The translations under genes were made by a program, and so were the position numbers. This document shows, piece by piece, positions 1 through 13,156 of a stretch of 64,000 nt of DNA (position 1 is the stretch's first letter; each line of letters opens with the position of its first letter). The notes under the pieces were generated by a model. The model had not been told where the DNA came from and ran no database searches. It was given only the letters and a program-made list of their open reading frames with translations. This DNA is from Eledone cirrhosa (lineage: Eukaryota), in contig OZ024740.1 in assembly GCA_964016885.1 (NCBI GenBank), forward strand, positions 370,822,001-370,886,000. The letters are read 5' to 3'.

Positions 1-629
1 TATAAATTACACAATAATCCAAGCTAAGTTCAAATCATTTTATTGCTGACAATCGTTTCTTCCAAACTTTCGTTTGGAATCATCGGAGCACTAGCAATAT
101 TTGTACATCACACTACATCCACCATAAACTCATAATTTTAATACACAAACATCTTTGCCTGCTTGATATGCTTGTAAACCTATGTTATGTTATGTGATAT
201 CTTTGCCATGCAGTAATTATATATGCCTCGTACCATTGCTTGTTTCCTTCCTGTATATGCCGAACGCATTTGCATTCTCTATACGCTTGCCTATGTACTG
301 CTAGTGTCCTCGTTTTACGAGTAACTTTATACTTTAATGCCTCTTTAATTATTATACTATTCCCTTGTAATCTCTGTCGCATGCATTCCACTCTGTGCCT
401 TTTTATTTTTAATTTTAATTATTGTACAATTCTCTTGTAATCTATGTCGCATCCATTCCTCTCTGTAAATACGAAACTGCTGTTGACAACATTAATATCC
501 ATGTATCTATATGATTATTCAGTTGAATATGTACAAACATTGCTAGTGCTCCGATGATTCCAAACGAAAGTTTAGAAGAAACGATTGTCAGCAATAAAAT
601 GATTTGAACATAGCTTTGATTATTGTGTA

Positions 630-636
<7 letters not shown>
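1..636. mobile_element. PLE-type foldback element (inverted arms 1-108 / 529-636) abutting (TA)n
   Basis: Arms are near-perfect reverse complements. Each carries an HHR followed by AATAAA. The right arm runs into (TA)n 633-790; the left end is at the window edge. Confidence 0.8.
547..593 (+). ncRNA. Type-I hammerhead ribozyme, U4C core variant (inverted copy at 44-90, minus strand)
   Basis: tgct-CCGATGA-ttccaaac gaaa gtttagaa-GAAAC gatt GTC-agca. Stem I tgct/agca. Stem II is 8 bp (perfect in the 44-90 copy) with a GAAA loop. GUC triplet. Confidence 0.7.
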
Positions 637-680
<44 letters not shown>

Positions 681-691
681 TATAGATATAT

Positions 692-791
<100 letters not shown>

Positions 792-859
792 CAAATAACT
801 ATCGCTCTATGTGGCTGAATACAACAAATGTAATCTGAGTTTTTCGAATATTAATAATT

Positions 860-1030
860 GTTTCTACTTTTGGCACAAGGCCAGAAATTATACCAGTGTA
901 TTACTGGTACTTTATTTTATCGACCTCGTAAGGATGAAAGGCAAAGTTAACCTCAACTTGATTTGAACTCAGACAGTAAAGGGACGTAACTATGTTAGAA
1001 AGCATGGCGTCTGACCCTCTAACGATACTG
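860..1030 (-). mobile_element. tRNA-derived SINE (octopus-type, Meta-like central domain)
   Basis: Reverse complement of GAGTTCAAAT (B-box)...TTTGCCTTTCATCCTT...GGTCGATAAAATAAAGTACCAGT...GGCCTTGTGCCAAAAGTAGAAAC. Isolated copies also at ~2300-2515, 4240-4365, 8060-8160, 23030-23160, 33380-33520 and 33710-33920. Confidence 0.85.
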
Positions 1031-1206
1031 CCTCTTTTAAGCCATGTCAGTAGAATGGCTCCTCATTCTTGCTCCTGTGTTGGCATGTAAACAGAACTTC
1101 AGACACTAATGTTTCTGGGTGATTACCCTTCATCAGTGCAATTTACTGCTCACCTGCCAACTGTCAGAGCTAGTCAAAATATATGATATTTCCTGAAATA
1201 TAAAGT

Positions 1207-1350
1207 GACTGATCGGCCTGATATGTATATTAGCAGAATGGCTGATCAGTCAGATCTGCATATTAGCAGATCCACTGATCAGCCAGATTTGCATATCATC
1301 AGATAGGCTAGTCAGTTTCATGTATACGAGCGATTAATGGCCGGCTTTGC
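1207..1350. repeat. Degenerate ~33-bp minisatellite (about 4 units)
   Basis: Repeated ctgatcagycagatytgcatattagcaga-like units. Confidence 0.6.
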
Positions 1351-1639
1351 CATATTCAAATAACTAACAAATGTTTTATCGCTCTACATGGCTGAATACA
1401 ACAAATCTAATCTGAGTTTTTCAACAAGTCTAATCAGAGCTAGTGAAAATATATATTTTCTGCATTATAAAAATACATCATGGCTGTGGGGAGGTTGATA
1501 CGGCTTATCAAGAGATCCCTAGAAAAAAGGATTGTTTCTTGACGCGTTCGTAGCAAGTCAGAAAATCTCTAGAGGCGGAGGGAGGAATTAACACGTGATA
1601 CAGGGTCATATATATATTCTCCTCATTTACACTGTCAGT

Positions 1640-2230
1640 CTTTCTCGCTCTCTCTCTCTCTTTCTATCTCTCTCTCACTCTCTCTCCCTCTCTCTCTCTC
1701 TCTCCCTCTCTCTCTCACATCTGTCTCTCTCTATCTCTCCCTCTCTCCCCCTCCCCCTCTCTCTCTCTCCCTCTCTCTCCCTCTCTCTCTCTCTCTCTCT
1801 CACCTCTGTCGCTCTCTCTCTCTCTCTCTCTCTCAATCTCTCTCTCTCTCTCTCCCTCCCCCTCTCTCTCTCCCCCCTCTTTACCTCTTAATTTTCCAGT
1901 TACACCTCTCCCACTTAGACCATTTCTCTTACTCCAACGGAACCTTACTCAGACACACAATCTCTCTCCTTCTTCCTCCCCCATATCTTCCACATTCCCT
2001 ATTTTACATTAGTTATTCTACTCCTATATGCTATTGTTGATATTCTTCTTCTTCTTCTTCTTCTTCTTCTTCTTCTTCTTCTTCTTCTTCTTCTTCTTCT
2101 TCTCCTCTTCGTTCTCTTCCTCCTCTTCGTTCTCTTCCTCCTCTTCGTCATTCTCTTCTCAACCTTATCCTCTTGTTTCTACTCCTCTTTCTTCTCATTC
2201 TTCTCTTTCTCCTCCTCCCTCTCTTTTTCA
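1640..2230. repeat. (CT)n / (TTC)n pyrimidine microsatellite block
   Basis: Visible directly in the sequence. Confidence 0.95.
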
Positions 2231-3199
2231 TCATCTATTAACGAAATTGCCTCAATTTTAACATTCTATTCCACATCATTATATATAACTTGTCGCGGTG
2301 AGTGAACTGACAAACTCGCTAGAGTGTGACACAAATGTTTAGCAGTATGTTGTACCGAGCTTTCACATTCTAAGTTCACATTCCGTCGCGGTCAACTTTG
2401 CCTTTCATCCTTCCGAGGTCGATAAAATAAAGTACCAGTGAGGCACTGGGGTTGATTTAATCGACTTTCCCTGCTCTTAAACATAGCTGACCATCTGTCT
2501 AATTTAGAAATAATTATATCTTTTGTCATATTTTCTGTCATAAAAGACCGTACAACTGCTGACAGCATCACAATCATGGCAGTAATTGCTATTGCTACCA
2601 CCACCACTGCCATCCATATCATCACAACTTCTACAGCCTTCACCAGTGTCATCACTATTACCACTATAACCACGGTTCCCACTATAAACACCACTGGAAC
2701 TACCACCATAGCCTCAATATACTCCACCATCGACACTACCACCACCATCCCTTTAACTATATTTGATATCAATTTAAACGAGAACCCGTCCAATTTGCGA
2801 AGTCCATCGCTCCACTTGAAATCATATCTACAAGAGAGATGAAAGAGCGATAAACTAATGAAAAACTCTTGAGTTGTATTATGCTGAGACTGCTGCTTCT
2901 TGCAGCGGCGAGTTTTTCCTTCCTTGTGGTACCAATTTACAACTAACCTCGAGAGAGTTGACGCAATACCGGTGACAAGAAACGAACTACCAATGAAGGA
3001 GCTTCTATGTAGTCACTCGCCTTGCTAAAAAGAGCAGCTAAATTTCCCCGAAATTTAACCCTACTTTCTTTGGAAATTAAAGAACACATTGGATAAGGTA
3101 GTTTCTACATGCCCCTAATGAGATAGCTATGTGAATGTAATTATTGTATAAGCCAACTTTTACCTATTTCTTTATCTTGTATAAGTTTGAAAACGCTTC

Positions 3200-4215
3200 T
3201 ATTTTCTCTTCCCTTCAGACTTTTCTCTGTAGCAGCTCAATGCATTATCAATTATTCGGCGAACTTGTGTGCGTCTTTCAAGATTTAAATCAAAGATCAT
3301 AAGTTGTTTCTTTCAGTAGTGTGAAACATTGTGGGATGCTTTCTCTTACGGTACGTTCGTTATCGTCATGTTCTTAGGTTCGCTGTGAATCAATGTTATA
3401 GAGATCACTATCGCTCAACTCTTCTCGGTGTGAGTCAAATAATTACTGCACATTTGCTAAGTCTACTTTCCTAAAGTGTAATTCATGTCTAATAGTGGTA
3501 ATTTCATCAACAACTCTAACTATTGGCAGGATAAAGCCGACAAAAGTAATTACACAATGAATTAAAAGTATTTCCATACAACTCTCACGTTACTTAATGT
3601 CACTCACTGCTACAACTCTCAAATATTTTCAGCTAGCTTTTTGTATGTTGAATTTCTTCCAGAATTCAGCTAATGAAATTTGATTATTTTTTGTAGTATC
3701 TTCGATTGTTCAAAAGTGATTTTTAGATAATTGGCCTTAAACGTTGCAAAATGGATGTCGTATAACGAGGTAAAAACACGATTTTTACATTTTCATTCAA
3801 GTCATTTATCGCAGTAGAATGTCCAGAGTTATGTAAATGCAACAAAATTTTGAAGCTAAGATTATTTTGTTCACAACAGAAAGAGGTCTTCAACCAATCT
3901 TCTAAAAGTGACTTCATTACCTAAGTTATATTGTTTGAGCGACAGATGACTAGCAATACATGCTGACTGTACTCTGTGAGAGCTCTAGGATTTTGATTAC
4001 TGGTGGTAATCAAAATTACATCAAATTGATAACCGTTGGTTTTAGTTTAACCGTTGGTTTTAGTTTAACCGTTGATTTCAGCATTTCTTCCCGTTGATAT
4101 GGTCTTTTGATGCTTTATAACCAAGAACAGTTGTTTCTTCTTTCCCGAAGAATCTCTTTATTGACATGCAATTCCAAAATGAAGCATTATTGTCAACATC
4201 GAATATTTGCCTTTT
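3200..4215 (-). pseudogene. Degraded Tigger/pogo DDE transposase
   Basis: Minus-strand fragments IFDVDN..FW, GYKASKD, NPRAL, LLEDW and KILLHLHNSGH...VKIVFLPRYTTSILQ match pogo/Tigger motifs (KILLLLDNAPGH...FLPPNTTSLLQP). Broken by stops and frameshifts. Confidence 0.8.
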
Positions 4216-4719
4216 ATTAAAGTTTTCCTCTTCCCACCGAAGTCAGCTTCACCTTTCATCCTTCTGCGGTCGATAAAATAAAATACCAGTCAAGTACTAT
4301 GCGTCTATATAATCGACTTTCCTTTCCCCAAAAACTGCTGACCTTGTACCAAAATTAGAAATCATTATAGTTTTTCTCTTCTATAATTTGTTTTTAATTG
4401 TCTAAGGCTTTAATTCAACAGTTAAATTCAATTTGAATTCCACAGTTACCTTTTTAAATCGTTCAAACCTTCATTGTCTTCTTTCAAAGTAGAGAAAATG
4501 AACAAAGCTTCTTTTTTTTAAATAATGTAAGCACTAAGCAGACTGCGGTAAAATTGCAAAGTTCGATCTATATTAGTAGCAAGCACTTCAATTCAAATTT
4601 TTTCTCACTTCGATTTCGATCATATTGTATTCCAATTGAAAAAGGCATCTGTCCTTTCTTTTCATCGTAATCAGCTTCTTTAAAATTATTTGTATTGTTG
4701 AGTAGTTTGTTCCAGTTCA

Positions 4720-4870
4720 GTTTTGCCTTGGGCAAACACAGGATTCCAACAAGTTTTCTCCAGCTACTACGGTTATAAGCTACTCCCAACCTCTTTGTTT
4801 GCGCCTCCAGATCACGGCGCCAAGTATTTCTAGGCCCTCCTCTTTTCCTTTTCTTAAGTGGGTTCAAGGC
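4720..4870 (-). mobile_element. RTE-clade LINE 3' end remnant
   Basis: KRKRGGPRNTWRRDL...AYNRSSWRKLV matches the RTE C-terminal R.RGRP..TW...A.DR..WR motif. Confidence 0.7.
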
Positions 4871-5535
4871 CAGAGATTATAAATCCTCTGTTCATTTGCT
4901 AAGCTATCTTACTTGTCTCAAACATGTGTGCACGTTCAGTGTTCCCATTGTGGTGGTGGTCTTGGTGGAGATTATGATCATTGGCCGAGTAGCTTCATAA
5001 AACAGGCTTTCACTACTCTGCCTACTACGTCCTTTAGCTAGAGGTCCATACTCTCCAAGGACCGGAATTTTTTGTGAAAATTATTTTAGCGTTTTTCTGG
5101 CGATAGATTTTTCATGGTGGAGTTGCCAGTCCCACGCCCAATCATTTTCCTTTTTAATCCGGGTTTTCTAGACCGTATCTTTTAATTATTTCAAGATTTG
5201 GCATTAAAGTAAGAACTTTTTAAAATATATTCTTATTTTCATTCTATCTTATCCCTTGTTATGTAATAGATAGAAATACCTTGACATCAGAAAATTTAAA
5301 GAAAAGGTATGTGGCATGAGAGGGGGGGAAATAATACGACCTACTTTCACTGTTGCTGTTAAGTAACATTTATCACTTGCTAACAAAAATAGACTGCAAT
5401 TTATAAACCATATATATGTATGTGTGAGTGTGTATGTGTGAGTGTGTATGTGTGAGCGTGTATGTGTGCGTGTGTGTATGTGCATGTGTGTGCAGTTCAA
5501 AATGTCCTGCGTAAGCATGTTTATATATAACTTGA

Positions 5536-5863
5536 CTAGCAGAATGGCCCGGCGTTGCTCGGGATTTGCTATAGGGTTCTTATATATTTGATATATATTT
5601 ATCCTTATCGAACCTCGTGAAATAAATACGTTTGTTTATATTTTGTTATTGTGTATGCAAAAATATCTGTCCATAAATATATAATTATATATATATATTA
5701 AAATAACAGACTAAAGTTTAAGCAAAGAATCACTGCTTTCACCCTTAACGGGATATTCTACCTAAAAGCAGTATGAAGTACATACACTAAGACTAATTGA
5801 TGTAATCTTTGGCCTTGTTTGTTTACATTTTGTTTTTGTGTATAATAATAATAATAATATATA

Positions 5864-5906
<43 letters not shown>

Positions 5907-6806
5907 GTGTATACAGATACGGACACATATACATATGGCAAACTCATACACGCATATGTGCACATACACACACTCACATGTTAATAGATTTTACTCTTAT
6001 TGGAACGCTCACACACACACACACACACATGTTAATAGTTATAGGCGTAAATGAAACGCCACACGCAAATACACACACATACTGAAGCACGCAAACGCAG
6101 AAACGCACGCAAACTCACACACGCGTTAATAGATTTAACTCATAAGGGAAGCAGACGACATATACACATGTATACATGTATATAAATATATATAATAATA
6201 ATAATAATAATATATATATATATATACGTGTATACAGATACAGACACATATACATATGGCAAACTCACACACGCATATGTGCACATACACACACTCACAT
6301 GTTAATAGATTTTACTCTTATTGGAACGCTCACACACACACACGCACACACACACACACACACGCACACATGTTAATAGTTATACGTCATGTATCTTTGA
6401 CAGTATCAAAAGACAGCATCTTTCACTCTCTCTCTCCCTCCCGCTATCCCCCTCTTGTAGTCTGTCTCTTTCTTTCACTCTCACTCTCTCTCTCTCTCTC
6501 TCATTGTAACTTACATTCTATCGAAAAACGCTGTGACAAATGGGAGAAGGAGGAAGAGGAGAAAAAGCCACTTCGTCACTTCGCCTCACCGTTTCTTTCT
6601 CTCTCCTCTCACTCCCTCATTATGTAGAGACATTGGTCACTTCACTAATTCGATCCCTAGGACAGAATAATTTGAAATTTTTTTTTGCTGAAGACACTTC
6701 CGGGGTCATATTTATTACACGTGTAAAGTTTGAAAAACAACCGTTGGGTACTTTTCGAGTTTTAGGGAAACAGACACACAGACATCCTCTGTTTTATATA
6801 TATAGA
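5536..6806 (-). mobile_element. Non-autonomous Helitron, unit 1
   Basis: On the minus strand: 5' TCTATATATATAAAAC at 6806; 3' hairpin CCCGAGCAACGCCGGG followed by CTAG|T at 5536. Contains an internal ~200-bp duplication (5840-6045 / 6190-6385). Confidence 0.75.
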
Positions 6807-7760
6807 CTAGCAGAAAACCACCCGGTGGGCGGTTTTCTGCTAGCAAATATAGTGTATATACTGATATTGTTGAGATTTGGATGAGAAATGTTTTCGGCAC
6901 CACATGTTCACCGTCTCACGGTGTGTCTTTTATGCATGTATAAATATATATGTTATCTATAAGGTGAAATCTTTGAAATAAATATATGTTAAAACGAAAA
7001 AGGAGAAAATAAATAACTGGCGGTTAGAAAATAATATTCCTATGAAATTTTAATCATACCATTAGGTGTGAATAAGGAAATATTTTTTTATTGTCAAAAC
7101 AAATGTTCAAAAGTTAAACTTCAATTTTTTGAATTATTTCCAATTTTTTCATGAAATTGAACACTGGACATTGGCTGCTGGAAATGGAAATTAAATCGTA
7201 TTTAATTGTATTTAAATTTCTAACCTTATTTTATTATTTATATTTTTTCAATAAGAAATTTAAAAAAAAATTTAGAAATTGAAGAAAAAAATTGAACAAA
7301 TCAAACGTAGGTTATGGAACTGCACAATCTGATTAATAAATTACCTCATCAGCAGCAACCTTCTTCAAATAGTCCTTATTATCAGCAGCAACAACCACAA
7401 ATTCAATGGCAACCTTCTTCGCATGGTGTCAAGAGAGAACCGCCTCGAACTGGTTACTTCTGGCTTGTGCAAGGTGTCTCTATAGCAACCAGCGATTCCC
7501 TCGGCCTCAGTGACCAAAGTCAGTGGAGAGGGGAAGGTAATGTTTCTATAAAGGAAGGGGAAGGTAATATTTCTGTAGCACGTGTTTTAGCGTCTATTCA
7601 CTCTCTCTCTTTCTCTCCCTCTCTCTCTCCCTCTCTCCCTCCCGCTATCCCCTCTCGTAGTTTGTCTCTTTCTTTCACTCTCACTCTCTCTCTACCCACG
7701 TGTTTCCACTGTCGGACAGACAGACAGACAGAGAAATTGCTGGTTATATATATAAGTAGA
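6807..7760 (-). mobile_element. Non-autonomous Helitron, unit 2, head-to-tail with unit 1
   Basis: Minus strand A|TCTACTTATATATATAA start at 7760 with (TGTC)n just inside. 3' GC-rich hairpin and CTAG at 6807-6810. Shares cccgctatcccc...tttcactctcactctc with unit 1. Confidence 0.75.
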
Positions 7761-8482
7761 TAATGTGCGAGGAGAGCCATTAATTGAAAGTCTTTTATTA
7801 AGGTGTCGTGACGTAAACGGATACTAATTATCTGTTAATTTTTGCTTCACGCTACTTGGTAATTGTTAATTATAGTGGCCTAGCTATAATCAACAATGTC
7901 TATAACTCCTAAATAGGTGCGTCGTGTTATGTTGGAGTTAATGGGATACTCCTGGAGCTTTTGTCAAGATATTCTTGTTGCATACTTTCTCATCCCAGAC
8001 CGCTCAACAGATTTATTAGTTCACAACGGGTTTTTTCTTTCCGAGATCATATCCTACCAGGATCAACTTTGCCTTTCATCTTTCTGGAATCTAAAAATCA
8101 AATACTAATCAAGTACTGTGGTTGATATAATCCACTCTCCTCTCCCCACAATTTCTGAATCCAGATATGTTAGTGTTGTTGCTGATTAACCCTAGCCAGT
8201 CGAAATATATTCAAATGAGCATTACAGCCGAAGTTTTATTTTGCACTATACACAAGTGAGCATATCCAACCGATGCTTCATACGCAAAAAGGCATATAAA
8301 CCTTAAGCATATTCTTGTTTCAATACCGAGTGAGTAAATGTCACCGTTGACAGCTAAAAACACGTGTCTGGCTACTGAGACAGCCGTGACAGGATCACAG
8401 CTTAAAACATTCATAGTGAGACTTGTTTATGTTTATTACACATAAACATATCTTGAATGCCTTCATATACCCCCCCCCCCAC

Positions 8483-8548
<66 letters not shown>

Positions 8549-8653
8549 TAGGTAGTACGGTGAAATACTGGTGTTGGTACAAAATCAACCACTCTATGGA
8601 CAGGCAGGGTGTATATAATAGAAAAAAACGAGGAAGTTTTTATTGCGTATCGA

Positions 8654-8740
8654 CCTGTTAGGCGCGTTTCACAGATTGGCTCAAGGTGACCCATAGGAGT
8701 TATGGACCCGACTCCAGTATCGATCTGCACCTCAGACTGG
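8654..8740 (-). ncRNA. Degenerate HHR with extended stem II, in a (TA)n-flanked PLE-type insert (8545-8755)
   Basis: ccagt-CTGAGGT-gcagat...atctgt-GAAA-cgcgccTA-acagg, then AATAAA. Core A9 and stem III are mutated. Confidence 0.5.
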
Positions 8741-8761
8741 TGATGCGACAAAAGATATATA

Positions 8762-8814
<53 letters not shown>

Positions 8815-8899
8815 TAATAATAATAAATTTGAAGACTAAAATCCAAAGAGGGCTCGATAAGGATAAATATATATCAAATATATAAGAACCGTAGAGGAA

Positions 8900-9778
8900 A
8901 TATTTATTAAAATAACAGATTAAAGTTTAAGCAAAGAATCGCTGCTTTCACCCTTAACGGGATCTTCTGAAACTAACAAAGTCAATCTGTAAACGCAGAA
9001 GTGGATATTTCAAAAAACGTTGCAACCGGAGGAAGACAGGAAGACGATACTTTGGTTCGTGGAAACGTTCCCTGGTAAAGAACGGGAAAAAACGAATATA
9101 ATACGTCATTAATAGGAGAGGTGAAAAACAATTACGCGCAAAGACAGAACCACGTTTATGGTATAAAAGAAGTCGTAGACTAATGTTCTCTTAGGTGGTT
9201 CATAGAGACGTTCTCTGGCAATGAACGGAAAAAATGAAGATAATACGTCATATGTGGAGCGTGGAGAACAATTGCACGCAAAGACAAAACCACGTAAATG
9301 GTATAGCAGAAGTCGTTAACTCTGAAGCGGAGATTCTTTCGGTTTCCTAGTTAGAATTTTAGTCTACGACTTCTGCTATACTATTTACGTGGTTTTGTCT
9401 TTGCGTACAATTGTTCTCCACGCTCCACATATGATGTATTATCTTCGTTGTTTCCGTTCATTGCCAGAGAACGTCTCTATGAACCACCTAAGAGAACATT
9501 AGTCTACGACTTCTTTTATGCCATAAACGTGGTTATGTCTTTGCGTGTAATTGGTTTTCACCGCTCCTATTAATGACGTATTATATTCGTTTTTTCGCGT
9601 TCTTTGCCAGGGAACGTTTCCACGAACCAAAGTATCGTCTTCCTGTCTTCCTCCGGTTGCAACCGTTTTTGAAATATCCACTTCTGCATTTACAGATTGA
9701 CTTTGTTAGTTTCAGAAGATCCCGTTAAGGGTGAAAGCAGCGATTCTTTGCTTAAACTTTAATCTGTTATTTTAATAA

Positions 9779-9782
<4 letters not shown>
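8900..9782. mobile_element. Foldback element with ~417-bp inverted arms in (TA)n
   Basis: 8900-9316 is the reverse complement of 9366-9782. Each arm has an internal ~140-bp tandem duplication. Family fragments also at 5575-5760 and 10337-10430. Only a weak HHR-like motif (CAGAAGA..GAAA, 9713-9736). Confidence 0.8.
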
Positions 9783-9838
<56 letters not shown>

Positions 9839-9840
9839 CG

Positions 9841-10142
9841 ATATTAATAAATGGAAACTATATTTATAAAACCATATTTATTTCATTATACATATTTCAA
9901 GGATACCAAATTAAATAAATATTGACATACCCTGAAAAAATGCAACCATTCTGGTTGGAATCTCCAGGAGATTCCAACCAGAATGGTTGCATTTTTTCAG
10001 GGTATGTCAATATTTATTTATAAAAGTAACCTATATTATATTTCATCTGATGAAAGCGCACCATAGTTTGCCTTGGTGGCCCTTGAAATATGTATAATGA
10101 AATAAATATGGTTTTATAAATATAGTTTCCATTTGTTAATAT
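9841..10142. mobile_element. Nested foldback PLE fragment
   Basis: Perfect palindrome 9912-10020 centred on 9966; outer arms 9841-9902 / 10081-10142. Lies between (TA)n tracts. Confidence 0.8.
10039..10104 (+). ncRNA. Type-I hammerhead ribozyme (minimal stem III)
   Basis: tatttcat-CTGATGA-aagcgcacca..tggtggccctt-GAAA-tatgtATA-atgaaata. Stem I is 8 bp. Predicted cleavage after 10096; AATAAA at 10101-10106. Confidence 0.85.
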
Positions 10143-10237
10143 ATTGTATATTTACTTCAATAATTTGTTGAGTGCTTTATATCAGTTATAAAAATATTTT
10201 GCTTGTTGTATCCCAACAAATTAAATATAACCTCTAC

Positions 10238-10338
<101 letters not shown>

Positions 10339-10455
10339 AAAATAACAGATTAAAGTTTAAGCAAAGAATCGCTGCTTTCACACTTAACGGGATCCTCTTC
10401 GGATTTTAGTCTTCACATTTATTATTATTACTATATATATATATATATATATATA

Positions 10456-10662
10456 TGAAAATAGAAGTAGAAGATTTCGCTGTAACATTTGCCTAACTAA
10501 AATATTCAAATAATGGGGTGAATAAAGCCATTGAACGGTAAAAGATGGATATCAGCACACGTGGGAAACCCATCTCTTTTCCATTCAGTGGGTTTATACG
10601 CCCCGTTATTAGACTATTTCATTTAGTCAAACGTTACAGCAACGTCTTCTATTTCTATTTCA
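10456..10662. repeat. Old, degenerate foldback next to (TA)n
   Basis: gaaaatagaagtagaaga...gctgtaac / gttacagc...tcttctatttctatttc; imperfect arms of ~95 bp. Confidence 0.6.
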
Positions 10663-10807
10663 ATTTTCACATTTGCTGGCCACTTTCTAAACCTACTTTC
10701 ATATGTGCGTGTATGTGTGTGTAAAAGGTAAACTGAAATAACAACACAATTGGTACAGTGTATGGAAGGAATATATTAAGTTAACGCTTGAAATAGCAGG
10801 AAGAGGG

Positions 10808-10843
10808 TCTTAACATTTCGGACGATAGTCCTTCATCAGAAGA
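10808..10843 (-). ncRNA. Minimal PLE-type hammerhead ribozyme
   Basis: tctt-CTGATGA-aggac tatc gtcc-GAAA-tgtt-aaga. Confidence 0.7.
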
Positions 10844-11697
10844 AAGAATGAGAAATTAGAAAGATTGAAGGGACGGGCAGGGCGGAATCGGAAAAAATGT
10901 TTTTAGAGAAAAATAATAGGTCCATTCATGTTGCCATCTCTTGGAAAACTGTTGATGCTTGGGTTTTGTGTATGATATACTTTTTTAGAAAAGTGGATGA
11001 TGGAGCGCGTCTGCCTGAAATAGAAAAAAATCTGTTTTGTATATAGAGCTATACGTGTGCGCTAATGCCCGCGCGCGCGCGTTTGTGTGTGTGGCTGTGT
11101 GTTATTATACGTCCATACGTAGCTAAGAGGATATGTGTGTGTAGATGTAAGTAAAAGAGTATGTGTGTGCTTGTAAGTACGAAGCCGTGAGCAAAAGTAT
11201 GTTAATATAAGGAAGTGTGTGTGTATGTGTGTATGTGTGTATACAGAGTTGTGAAGGGAAAAGTAGAGGTGTGTGTGCGCATTTTGTTGGTCTGTATCAG
11301 CTGTAAGAGTATATGTTTCTGACCATAAGAGAATCTAGGGGTGGCTGTACAAGCGCATGTATGATAACGGACGGGGTAAACGTGACGGGGCAAAGGGTAG
11401 AGAAGTAAGCACGAAGGTATATCTATACATATATTTAAAACTGATGTTGTCTGTGTGTGTGTTACAAAGTCTATACAAATCCACATTTCTACTCTGATTG
11501 ACTTCAAACTTGCATTTATTACTTGCGGTCTAAAGATACTAACTGCAGCTTTTATTTTTCAATTTTCTATTATTAAAGGGGTGTTAGTCGCCGGTTATCG
11601 ATCTCCGTCGAGCCCTTATAATATCTGTCTGTATGTCTGGCTGTCTGCCTTACGACATTCTCACGAACACGTCATCGCTGACGTATTATCTTCGCTA

Positions 11698-11771
<74 letters not shown>

Positions 11772-11986
11772 CTTATGCATATATATATATATATATATAT
11801 ATACGCATATATGCATATACACACACATATAAATACATATACATATATATATATATATATATAAATATATATATATATATGTATATATATACACACACAC
11901 ACACACACATATATATATACATACACACACACACATATATATATTTATGCATACATACACACACACATATATATATATGTATCTGC

Positions 11987-12055
<69 letters not shown>

Positions 12056-12743
12056 GATACATTGTAGGTCGCTTTAACCCGTCTTTTATTATTCAAAAAA
12101 CTTCTTGCCAATAAACATTAACCCTTTGTGCGCCATTTGTAGACCAACAAATACCAAGTAAACGGAGCGTTGACAAGAACGATGGCGAATGAATCTTCGA
12201 GGTAAGCAGTTTCCCCCCGAGCTGTTAGTTCACGCGGGATTCTCTACTACACCTTTTCGTAATAATACCGAACAACGTACTGCTGGTCACTCGTATAAAG
12301 CGGACATGTGCATCGGGTAGATGGATCGGGTGCAAATCTACACCAGGCCTACGCGAGAAATTCGCAAGGGACTGCACCGAGAGGGATAGAGAGAAAGAGT
12401 AACTTAGTGGAAAGAGTGCGAATGAACTTTTGAGGTAAGTAGCCTACGGCTTACTGCTATGATACTGGAACCTTCTGCCAACTTAATCTGTGACTTTCTC
12501 TTTCACATTTACTCCTAAAGGCCAAAACAGAGGAGTATGAAAAGAAGGGGCTCAACAATATTTCTATGAACAATGAACGTGGACAGCTAAACTGTACTTT
12601 CAACTTCTTAATTTTCTCCAAATAAAACAAGTTTCCTGTCGTGAGTTTTTAACAGGCACTCACAAATAAACGTTTCTCATTGGAGATGCTATTACGAATG
12701 TAATAACACCTCCAATGCCGGGTTACACTGCTAGTATGAAATA

Positions 12744-13030
12744 TTAAAGAAATTGGGGAGGCGAGTTGAGTCCATGAGGGAAAGAGAACCCAAGGTGGTA
12801 AATCAGACTCTGTTCAGTCGTGGTGCGTGTAACCTGTGATCCGTCATGTAAAAGGACACCAAGGACTGAGACATGTAGGGAAGATTGACCTGGGGAACGG
12901 AAATGACCGGCGACAGAAGTATCCATACGGAGTCGTATGTCTCTCAAATGTTTAGCAAAACGGTTCGCAAAACGGCGTCTTGTTTGTCTGATGTATAAGA
13001 ATCCGCAAAGGGAACACCGGAGGGCATGGA
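12744..13030 (-). pseudogene. Penelope-like element GIY-YIG endonuclease C-terminal fragment
   Basis: CSLCGFLYIRQTRRRFANRFAKH...SVAGHF...RTTTEQSLIYHLGFSFPHGLN matches the PLE CxxC..YIG.T.R....R..EH...HF...R...E...I..L....P.GLN signature. Confidence 0.9.
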
Positions 13031-13111
13031 GAAGGAGTGGCGGATACGGAAGGAAGCATTTGGGCCTGTGAAAGTGGTGAGGGTGGAAATCAAAAGACAT
13101 GTTTTACAGCG

Positions 13112-13155
<44 letters not shown>

Positions 13156-13156
<1 letters not shown>

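Noticed and set aside
2392-2842. Thr-rich or Val-rich mucin- or membrane-like ORFs (also 50454-50756)
   Set aside because: Degenerate (ACC/ACT)n repeat next to a SINE; no splice or domain support.
6688-6745. CTGAAGA...GAAA inside the Helitron as an HHR
   Set aside because: No pairing stems I, II or III.
7314-7763. 149-aa Q-rich ORF
   Set aside because: Lies inside a Helitron, is built from short internal repeats and runs into (CT)n.
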